The position numbers and the translations under genes were made by a program. A stretch of DNA of 48,686 bases from Octopus bimaculoides (Eukaryota): contig NC_068995.1 of assembly GCF_001194135.2 (NCBI RefSeq), forward strand, positions 53,304,046 through 53,352,731, given 5' to 3'. The number at the start of each line of letters is the position of its first letter. The stretch's first letter is position 1. This document shows positions 1 through 11,012 of the stretch, in pieces. The notes below the pieces were generated by a model. The model worked only from the letters and a program-made list of their open reading frames with translations, was not told the DNA's origin and made no database searches.

Positions 1-290
1 CCCCCCACCCCCACCCACAATATATTTATTTATTATTGGTATGTTAGTGAGTTGTCTAAAATGTTGAAACAATAGATTAAATGACTTTCAGTATTTAGAT
101 TATCCTGGTTAATCCTCGAGTTCTCATCTGGCTTCGGTCGGCACTTTATTCAGAGTAACCAGGGAAATAAAATACCAAGAATATACCGAGATCAGTAAAT
201 TAATTTTCTATAATTGTCTATGTTTCTGCTTTTTCGCTATACATGTCAATCTATCTTATCTGTCATACCACTGTTATATACCTGTCTATC

Positions 291-340
<50 letters not shown>

Positions 341-353
341 NNNNNNNNNNNNN

Positions 354-400
<47 letters not shown>
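291..400. repeat. Representative (TA)n/(TG)n microsatellite block; similar (TA)n, (CA)n, (AAT)n and (CAT)n tracts occur throughout, often at N gaps
   Basis: Directly visible, e.g. 1739-1790 (AAT)n, 6810-6877, 14675-14730, 45500-46055. Confidence 0.95.
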
Positions 401-402
<2 letters not shown>

Positions 403-825
403 CGTCCCCAGTTGCTAACCATGAACTATAAAAAATAACTTATTTCAGCTTATCAAACTTCAATAAGGGAAAAATTTACAATCCTCTCTGCCAATAAATC
501 ACTATTGTTCCTGAAAGTTATTTCTTATACTTTCTATGGACTGCTTGAAGCTTACTAATTTCCTACACTTTGATCCTTACATCTTACTTTTACATATCAT
601 TTTATATATATGTATATATATATGTATATAATAATTATGATAATAATATTAGGGATGAAAAAGACAGACAAAATACTGCTAAGCATTCTGCCAGCTTGCT
701 ACCTTGGTCTAAGAGTTTATTGAGACAGAAATGTTCTTATGAAAAGAAGCAAGGCAAAAACTCAGAATAAACAGCTATTAAAAACCCAGTCGTTCTTTCA
801 TTGTTGCTATATTTGGTTTTAAAGG

Positions 826-1040
826 TGGTGAGCTGGCAGAATCGTTAGCACACCAGACAAAATGCTTAGTGGCGTTTCGTTCATCTTTACCTTCTGTGTT
901 CAAATCCTGATGAGGTCAACTTTACCTTTGATCCTTTTGGGGGTCGATAAGATAAATACTAGTTGAGCACTGGGGTCAATGTAACTGATTAACCAACTCC
1001 CCCCATCCAAATTGCTGGCCTTGTGTCAAGCTTTCAAACC
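826..1040 (+). mobile_element. tRNA-derived SINE, family B (other copies about 1600-1740 -, 12860-13015 +, 21450-21830 +, 35655-35850 -)
   Basis: Head GTGGTGAGCTGGCAGAATCGTTAGCA, B-box-like GTTCAAAT, body GGGGTCGATAA...AAGTACYAG...CACTGGGGTCRATGTAAT repeated in several copies. Confidence 0.75.
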
Positions 1041-1738
1041 ATTATTATATTTGGCTCTACTTTATGTATTGAGTACTGTTTCCTTTCTTATGTGTTATAA
1101 AGAAATGTGTGTGTGTGTGTGTGTGTGTCACTTTCTGTCTGTGTCAGCAACTTCCACCTTCTATACATGTCTTTCTTCTTTCTCAGTAGATTCACAAACT
1201 TGTGTGTGTATGTGTATATGTGATTCTGTGCAACCATGTATGTGTGCTATTCTGTATCTACACACACACACACACTCACACATATATGATTCTGTATGTA
1301 TACGTACATCATAGTTTAACTTCCCCCTTTCCCCCTCTATCCTATCTCACTCCTCCCTCTCCCTTAAAAATGACACCTCCCCCCCCACATAAATCCTCTT
1401 ATAATACTCATAAATCCTTTCCACCCCCCACTTCCTCCACTACTCCTGCCAGTTGTCTCTCATCTGTAATTACGTCCCAATTTGCATTTAATTATATGGT
1501 TTACTTTCCTATATTTTCCTCCTCCGTCCTTGCATTGTCTAGTGTACCGTTTCTCTATGGTTGTTTACCTGATTAAGGAACAAAATCAATAATAATAATA
1601 ATAACCCTTTCTACTAAAGGCACAGGGCCTGAAATTTATGGGGATTAGTCAATTACATTGACCCCAGTGTTTCACTGGGGCTTAATTTATCGACCCCCAA
1701 AAGGATGAAAGGCAAAGTTGACCTTGGTGGAATTTTAG

Positions 1739-1791
<53 letters not shown>

Positions 1792-2062
1792 CAGTACCAG
1801 GCAGTGACTCTGATGGCTTCTGATCTTAACTGATTGGAAGTGTTATCATGGACATTGTTTTGTCTTGGTATTCAAGATGGATTACAACAGTTATTCTCCT
1901 CAATACCAAAGATTTGCTTGTCAGTTGTTTGACCTTAACCAGTTGAGCATATACCTTATACCAAGGACCATACTTACTGAGGTAATTACCAGGAGTGCCT
2001 TTGGATACATCTATCCCTTAGAGGGTTTAAAAACCTCTAACTTATACCAGCATATATATATA

Positions 2063-2606
2063 TCATCATCATCATCATCGTTTAACGTCCGCTTTCCATG
2101 CTAGCATGGGTTGGACGATTTGACTGTGGACTGGTGAAACCGGATGGCAACACCAGGCTCCAATCTAAATTTGGCAGAGTTTCTACAGCTGGATGCCCTT
2201 CCTAACGCCAACCACTCAGAGAGTGTAGTAGGTGCTTTTACGTGTCANNNNNNNNNNNNNNNNNNNNNNNNNNNNNNNNNNNNNNNNNNNNNNNNNNNNN
2301 NNNNNNNNNNNNNNCCACCCGCACAAGAGCCAGTCCAGGGGCACTGGCAACGATCTTACTTGGCTTGCCGGGTCTTCTCACGCACAGCACATTTCCAAAG
2401 GTCTCGGTCAGTAGTCATCGCCTCGGTGAGGCCCAATGTATGAAGGTCTTGCCTCACCACCTCAGCCCAGGTCTTCCTGGGCCTACCTCTTCCACGGGTT
2501 CCCTCAACTGTTAGGGTGTGGCACTTTTTCACGCAGCTATCCTCATCCATTCTCACCACATGCCCATACCAGCGCAATCGTCTCTCTTGCACACCACAAC
2601 TGATAC
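2063..2606 (-). mobile_element. 5'-truncated RTE-clade LINE (C-terminal ORF remnant, 3' UTR and (GAT)n tail)
   Basis: ORF 2356-2592 has RRLRWYGHVVRM...GRGRPRKTW, typical of the C-terminus of RTE/BovB-like reverse transcriptase proteins; (TCA)n on + is the tail; (TA)n on both flanks. Confidence 0.85.
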
Positions 2607-2750
2607 TTCTATATATATATATAATGAGTATCCATATTTATTCACAAGTCTTGGGCCAGTCCAGCACTGTTATAGAAAACTCTTGCTCAAGAGGCAGTGG
2701 TGTGGAATTGAACCCAAAACCACATGGCTGAAGAGCACAACTGTGCCTAC

Positions 2751-2979
2751 TGATGGTCTGAAATTCTGATTGAGATCCATTTATAAAAGTTTTAAGTTCA
2801 TATCTTCCTGACATTGTGTTTACGCTTCTGCTCTCCATTGTCAATTAAGATATGTAACAAAGCGTGAAGTGAGAATGATTCTTCTGATTGTGGCCTTGTA
2901 GCTGGGTGAGTCCCAATACTGATAGGAACAACTGTGATAAGGATGTAGAACAGAGATATTGGGGAACTTGATAAACTTC
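2751..2979 (-). other. Possible exon of an unidentified minus-strand gene (5' UTR plus MESRSVNTMSGRYELKTFINGSQSEFQTI)
   Basis: Acceptor tatttttag|, acaATGG at 2838, donor TCA|gtaggc; no recognisable homology and no downstream partner exon found. Confidence 0.2.
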
Positions 2980-3325
2980 CTAAAAATAAATCGAAGACCT
3001 CTTTTATGACATTGCATATAAGTGCATGCACACACCCATAGATACAAACAAACAATTTCATACACACACACATGTATACACATATGTGTGTGTGTGTTTT
3101 TGTGTGAAATTATGTATTGCTTATGTTTTATTTGTTTCAATCATTTGACTGTGGCCATGCTGGAGCACCATTGTGAAGAATTTTTAGTTGAATGAATCAA
3201 CACCAGGACTTAATTTTTATAAAGCCTGGTACTTATTCTATGGAGTTCTTTTGCTGAACCACTAAGGTGCAAGGATGTAAACACACCAACACCGGTTGTG
3301 AAGTGGTGGTGTAGACAAATACAGG

Positions 3326-3359
<34 letters not shown>

Positions 3360-6300
3360 ACATTGAACACACATAATGCATGTGCTTTGCTCGTTTGCTG
3401 GTCGGCTGTGAATTGATGCAGAAGAGATGGCTCGGTAGAAGAACTTGAAAGGTTGGACCTCCATCCAGGCTTTTCACGATACCCTTAAAACCAGGACCTT
3501 TTCAGCACTCCTTTGTATATACTTCAGTATTATCTTGGTTGAGTGACTAAGATGAATGATAAGGGAATTGTTACTTGTCTTTTATCTATGTATATAATCA
3601 ATAAAAAGCTATTATTTGAGTTTTAAAAATTCTAAGAAAAAAGACCTTATCACAACTAATATATCTGGTTTAAACTAATATATTTCTGAGAAAATACAAA
3701 ACTCACAATATAGAGAAATATATATGTGTGTGTTTGTGTGTGCATATATAAATATATACACATATACATACAACACACATGTATACCTACACACACATAC
3801 ACATACATATTTATGTGTGTGTGTGTGTGTGTGTGTGTAGTTACAGTTCTATTCACCCATTTCCAAGCTCTTAAGTCAAGGTGAAAATGAAGCAGTGACG
3901 CAATCAACAGTTATCACAAAATCTCAGCCTCTCACTAGAACAATAGTATTTATTTATCTGCTGTATTTTTATCTTTGTGCTATTGATCATGTTTGTAAGT
4001 TCATGTCTCAGTTCAGATTATGTCATATTGTGACATTGCTGTAATATCACACCACCAACAACGAATAGTATACACATTAGTCTAGTTATTACAGGTAGAT
4101 ACTGGTTTGTGATTGATTTAAATAGTAATTGTTATAATGTTCTCTTTGTAAGTAGAAGGGTCAGGATTGCTTGCCCTCTGGCTTTCATATCTTCAAATTT
4201 TTTTTTCCCTCTTTCATGATTCAAAAGTTTGAATCACACTGGCCATTTGTAAAGGAAGATGATTAATAAAATTGCACCAATTCTATTTTTAGCATCAGAT
4301 TCTGATTTAATTGTGGATTTCTCGGAGCACCAGAGAAATAAAAAATTAAAAAATATAACTGGATAACAAAAACCAAATTTAAAAAAAAAGACAGGAAAAT
4401 TGTATTGGGTTCTGTTCAGTTTTTGTCATGTGAATGCTATTTGAATATCATCATCATCATCATTATTGTTTTCGTTATTATTATTATTAGTAGTAGTAGT
4501 AGTAGTAGTAGTAAAAAATTATATAAACTAATCTCATTCGATGTCATAGGGGTTCAGATAATGATGCCTTTATCTTAGACATCTGACCTTTGTGCATCCC
4601 TACATCATCTCATCCGTTTGAATTTGTATTGTTCAGGGGTTCCATTAAACTGTCTGCTGTGAGGAGAAGGAGGATTTCGTCCATTTAAGAAGTGGTGAAC
4701 TATAATTTTCTGGCTCCAGCTGTTACAGGTTTATTCCTAAGCATGTTTGTGTTCAAGTAAGGGGTTACCGGAAGGGGTGGGGGCTTAAGTGAGGAGGACA
4801 GTTGTGAGAGATGATGATGGTGATGATGATGGTGAGGTATTCTATCATTACTAATTTTAGATTTTCCACAGGATTTAATCTTCTCTGCCACCAACAAAAA
4901 ACAGAATAAATGAATGGAAATAACTTATCTGACCCTTTTCATTAATTCAATTACATCTTTTGGGGTGGTGGTGGTGGAGAGAAGAGATGAATTAATTAGT
5001 TAATTAACTTATTTATTTATTTATGCGTTTCAGCCAAGTGGCTGTGGTCATGCTGGAGCACCACCATATACTTAAAATCGAATAAAAAAAACAAACAAAC
5101 AAACAAACTTTTTGACCTTGTTACTATCTTAGCTCCGAGTGGAGTTGACCCTTTTGACCGAGCCAATGATCAACAGGTCGCCACTCCTTATTTTTGTTTT
5201 TAGACATGGTATGTGTAAAGATAAATAATCTGATAGGCTTTTTTCTTTTTTCTTGCCAAGACATTGAGGTGAGGTGTAATTGGAAAGGGATTTAGCTTCT
5301 CTGTCTAGCAGCTTAAAAAGCCACATAGAGGCAGCCTCTTCTTTGTATATTTAAGTGTGTGCATGTTCATATATGTGCTCGTATGTAAATGTGTGTGTGT
5401 GTGTGTACTTGAATTCCCCACCTTACTATCATAGCATGGTAGTTCTATGTCCAAGGTTAAAAGCCAGTACTTGCACTAAATGACCTCAATACCCAGTTTG
5501 CTGTGAGGTTAATCTTTCAAACATTGCTTTATCTCGGAGATAATTTATTTTGCAAAAGTAATCAATTTTTTTTTTTATATAGTCATCACCATTATCATCA
5601 TCATGGTCGTCATCGTCATCACCACCACCATCATATTAATTTTCACTTTTCCATGCCTGGGTGGATCATTGAAGCAGATTTTCTTCAGCCACATGTTCTA
5701 GTCGCTGACCATCACCTGTTTCACAGGCCTGCACATGGCCTGACATATTTTTGCAGTAGATTGAAAATGACTGATACAGCTAGTACAATGGTGCTGACAA
5801 TTTACTTCTACTTGTATGCCGTGAGGGCAAAATCACCCACACACACACATACATTCTTATTTATTTTCTTTCTTTCTGTCAGCTATAGTAATGCTATAGT
5901 AGAAGATGCTTGCCCTAGGTGCCATGCAGTGGAACTGAACCCGGGACCATGTGGTTGGGAAATGATGTGAGTGAATTTCGTAGACAGAAACTGTGTAGAA
6001 GCCCATCATGTGTGTGTTTGTCCTCCTCCTCCTCCCACATGCTTGGCAACCAGTGTTAGTTTGTTTATGTCCCTGGAACTTAGCGGTTTGACAAAAGAGA
6101 CATGAGAATAAGTACCAGATTTAAAAATTCAGTTCTGGCGGATCAGTTTGTTTGGCTAAAACCCCTTCAGGTTGCGTGCCCCAGTATGGCCGCAGTTCAG
6201 TGCTTGAAACAAATAAAAGCTAGAATATTAATGATAATGATAAACATAATACAGTAGAGAATAAAATGAAGAATTTGTTTGAAAAAAAAATCTGATCAGA

Positions 6301-6806
6301 AATTTTCTAAATGCTTTTACTCTTCCTCTGTGTGTTTTTTTATTTAGTTCTTTGTTTTCATTATATTCCTGTTTAAAAAGTATTTGTTGTTATTTTGAAA
6401 ATGAATGTAGTTGTTAATGCCCTAGATTGCGTTCGGATAATGTCCTGGCTCTTTTGAAGTATAAAATATAATGGACAGATGTGTCTTTTTTTTTGGGGGG
6501 GGGGGTTCTTCTTTTCCTTCCTACCACTATAAGCCACTATAACAATATTATACAAAGAAATGAACAGAACATGCATTCATCCTTTTGTAATCTCACCCAA
6601 TGTGAATCTCTTGCATGTAATTCTGAACCAAATTATTAATACAAAACTTCACTTACGAAAATAACAACAAACAGTGTAAATACCTGTTTTCTTTCTCTTA
6701 TTGTTATTAATTCATGTTTTTGTTGTTTAATAGTTTCCTTTTATTTCAATTTATTTATTACAATTAATTCATTCATTCTCGCTTCCTTTAAACTTCAATC
6801 TTATGC

Positions 6807-6860
<54 letters not shown>

Positions 6861-7559
6861 ATGTGTGTGTGTGTGTACATTCCTAATACAGATCTTTTGT
6901 CTTTCTATTCCGGATATTAAACTCAATGTTAATGTTTTGCTTTTTTATGTCGTCAGCCTAAAATGTTAAACTCGTGTATAACGAATAACTATTACGTATT
7001 CGGATATTCTTCAGCTGCAGCACTTGTACGAACAATGTTTTTGTTTGATTCGGTGGTGNNNNNNNNNNNNNNNNNNNNNNNNNNNNNNNNNNNNNNNNNN
7101 NNGGGGTGATGGGGGTGGGGGGTGGATAGTTCTTATTAAAAAATTAGGGATTTAAAACAATCTTTTGTTTTTAGGTGATGAAACATTGGTTTGCTTAGGA
7201 AACAAAATGACAATGGAAACATTTATATACAATGACTCACGGCCTGTCCCTCTCACATGTCTTTCATAACATGTATATATGTACATCTACAGTGTGTGTG
7301 TGTGTGTGTGTGTGTATTTGTGTATCTGTCTTTGTCCCCCCACCACCTCCACCATCGCTTGACAACTGATGTTGGTGTGTTTATGTCTTCGTAACTTAGC
7401 AGCTTGGCAAAAGAGACCAACAAAATAAGTACTAGGCTTACAAAGAATATGTCCTGGGGTCAATTTGCTCGATTAAAGGTGGTGCTCCAGTATGGCCGCA
7501 GTCAAATGAGTGAAACAAGTAAAAGTAACCCTTTTTTAATTTTCTTCCCTTTCTTGAAG

Positions 7560-8077
7560 GTCCCGATACTTTACTGCTCAGTGAAGAAAATGCAGAAATC
7601 ATGTCCGTATCTTGTAAGCCCTTGACATTTGTGATCCTGGGGCAAAGCATCTACACCAAAAGCTGCATTGTCAATGAAATAGTAGAAGAGGACATCCTTC
7701 CAACGTTTGATTGTAATTACGACGATGAACTAATCACACGGGAACTCCTCATCAAATATGGCGAAGTGGCCTGTGCCACCTTCATTCTCTCCTATGGCTA
7801 CACTGTTATTGAAGGTCTCCAAGGTAAGAAGGACAGCCACACGCAGGTTCACAAAGAGGACATTGTTATCAACAGAGAAGAGGTTACCACAGACAGTGAT
7901 GCTCTCAGTACTCTTGAGATCACACTCGATGACAAAATACTGAACTCTGGAGCGCAAATCATCGTAGCACCGAGCAATGTCTCCACGGAAGAAATGGAAG
8001 AAATACTGAAGAATTACATGGAAAATGTTCTGCCCATATTTATATTCACATTCAAGGGTAAAACACTTTCTGAAAAG
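7560..8077 (+). CDS. DSTYK: DSTYK first identified coding exon (GPDTLLL...VILGQ...LSEK)
   Basis: Acceptor ttcttgaag|G; donor AAG|gtaagc; starts in phase 1, ends in phase 0. Confidence 0.9.
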
Positions 8078-10303
8078 GTAAGCAAAAAAAAAATCTTATA
8101 GATATTATAAGTCTCAAATCTAGACAAATGTGACTTCCACTATGTATTTTAAATTTTTAATAAAGGGTTACTAATTACATATGTTACTAATTAGACTAAA
8201 TTTCAGCTGTTTTCAACTGCTTTTGTTAAGTTTAACTGCACTGTAAACTCAGTAAAGGATTTTTTTTCTTTAATTTGAAAATTAGCATTCATTTCATTTT
8301 GTACACANNNNNNNNNNGACCAAAGACTGTGTGTACACCATCCCATGCGCTTCTGAAATTTGGGTGCATCTAAGATGTCTATGTAAACAAGAATTTAAAT
8401 GATAAACTAGAAAATATTATAAACTATCAATTTTTATCTTTTGTGTTTTTTTGCTATTTTCACAGGAAATTGAGGAACTTACCATACTTCAGCATTTATC
8501 TTGTTTGGAGCCAATTCTGTTCGCTCGTGTGTCTCCTACTTGGCAACAGACGATTGATACAGATGCCCCTGATGGTGCTCCTAATGAACCTATCTGTAAA
8601 GAACCAAACTGTGTGCCAGAGCGAATATCTGAGACGCTAATGTATCAGTTAGACAGGCTTGGTTTCACCGACAATTTGGATGGTCCCAAGAATATAACTA
8701 CAAATTACTTTGAAGTTGAAACTTGCCTTGTTGAGGACTTAAAGGATTTTAGTCAGATGCTGTCACGTTTTGTGGAAAATATGCTGAAACGATATCTAAT
8801 TAATGCATCAACTGTACTTTACAATGTACACGAACGGTGCCTTGGTACCTTTATTTTATCTGCTTTTGAGATGACCAGAGATCTGCAGATGACACCTAAA
8901 AAGCTAGAATATGCTGAGAAAAAAGAGAAAGAGCTCTATCAAGAACTAATAGATATCTCTGCTTCCAAGCACAAAGAAATCACTGACATTATTCAAGAAA
9001 CAATAAGCGGTCTTATTGAGAATATTGAAGAGAAAATGGTCCAACACCAGTTTGTTGGTAAGTTAAACTATAATAGCCGACAATTGTTATTACTACATAT
9101 AGGCATACAAATCAATATAGTATATTATGTAAATATGAACTTTAACCCTTTCGCTACCAACCCGGCTGAAACCGGCTCTGACTCTGAGTACAAATGTCTT
9201 GTTTTCATAAGTTCCATTTAAATTCATCATGTTTTGATAAATTCTTAAAATCCTGGGGTTGATTTCTTTGACTAAAGGGTGGTGCTCTAGCATGGCCACA
9301 GTCAGTTGACTGAAACAAAAGAATAAAAAAGTGTTGTTGTTGTTATATGAATGATAATATGAAATTTTAGTTGGTTAAAATTTTACCATAGGAATTATTA
9401 TTAATATTTTTCTTTTTATTCCAAATTCATGATTCATCAGAAAATCAAGAAAAGAAATAAATATTCCTTTCATTATGTTGAGGCTTTCCTTTGTTTCCTC
9501 AACTACTGTAGCAGTCTGCTGAAGTTCAGTGTATCCAAAGTGTTAGATACTAAAATGAAACCTTAGTACAAAAGTATTAACCAGATATAATACATGTGTG
9601 TGCGTGTACACGCACACATACACATTGAAATCTTGTATAGTCCTGTGTAACCTTGTGTATTCTTATCCAAAAATAATTGTGGAGATCTTTTCTACATGAA
9701 ACCATTGGTTGCCTTATTACTCCACAAATAAAGAATATTTATCTACCAATGCAATGTTGAGCACTCATTCTCCCTGTTCAATACTAATGTATACACACAC
9801 ATACATATATGCATACACGTGCACGAACACACATACACATGCACACACACACACACAATATACATATCAGTAAAGAATATGGTTGATACAAAATCATAAG
9901 ACAGTATTATTTTGTTTATAAATGTTAATTTCAAAAACAATATGCCTCACAATACTGTATGCTTCACCCTCCTAACATTTCCATCGATCCATTGTCATTC
10001 AAAGGAATCGAGATTTCTGAAGACGGAGAACTGAAAAACTCTGCTGATATAAAACAATGCACGAGTGAAATCCAAAACTTTGTGCTTAATGAATTGAATA
10101 TAGCAATCGCCGATAAACTAATAAACTCTGTGAATGTCTTGAAAGAACTTTATACAGGTAAGTTATAGTTTTTGTACAGGTAAATTATCCTGTTAGCATT
10201 CAGGTTACTATAACAAATGTAATGCTTATCTATTTCCATTGTTTTGAATTACGCATTATTTTGTAGCTTCAAGATTGTTGAATGCACCCATGCACATCTA
10301 AGA

Positions 10304-10339
<36 letters not shown>

Positions 10340-10978
10340 NNNNNNNNNNNNNNNNNNNNNNNNNNNNNNNNNNNNNNNNNNNNNNNNNNNNNNNNNNNNN
10401 NNNNNNNNNNNNNNNNNNNNNNNNNNNNNNNNNNNNNNNNNNNNNNNNNNNNNNNNNNNNNNNNNNNNNNNNNNNNNATTTTGTAGAAAATAAGGTTTTG
10501 TTCCTTCACCATAATTAAAGTTAAGAACCGGTTTTGCATTACTCATTACTAGGAGCCCTAGTAATATGTTTTCCCCCTAGCAATATGTCTATTTTTCAGC
10601 CCTTAGCATGATGAACAATGCAAAACCGGTTCTTACTTTGTTGAAAGAACAAAACCTTATTTTGTACAAAATGATATATCTTTATTATTATGACTTTAAA
10701 TACATTCATTAATCCTGTAAAACAAATCTTCTGTGTTTTTTCATCTTTTCTCTTTCTGTATATATCCAACCACATGTGTTTTGCCACTAAAATATTTTCT
10801 ACCTGATGTGTGTGTGTGTGTGTGTGTGTCTGTATGTATGTATTACCTAAATTTTATAGTATTAAATATCTGTCATGGCTGATCTTACCAATCAGTTTCG
10901 TGATACACCCTCCAGCCTTCATCAGGTGTCTTGCGGAATTTAGAACCTGGGTTCTCATTCCTAAAGTATTTTTCGATA

Positions 10979-11012
<34 letters not shown>

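Noticed and set aside
214-438. ORFs made of YI/CV/HT/N/X runs throughout the track
   Set aside because: Translations of microsatellites or N gaps
907-920. CTGATGAG hammerhead-like core; also CTGATGAAGGG at about 23934
   Set aside because: The first is a mutated part of SINE family B; neither has a paired stem II or downstream GAAA
5503-5970. 155-aa ORF with His runs
   Set aside because: Built from (CAT)n microsatellite and SINE fragments
7820-7830. Cryptic donor AAG|GTAAGA inside a DSTYK exon
   Set aside because: Phase 1 would frameshift against the next exon; homology continues to 8077; no supporting evidence
9058-9221. 3' extension of ORF 8451-9221 beyond the donor
   Set aside because: Read-through into the intron, which includes a TTAA-CCCTTT repeat end at 9142; homology continues in the 10005 exon
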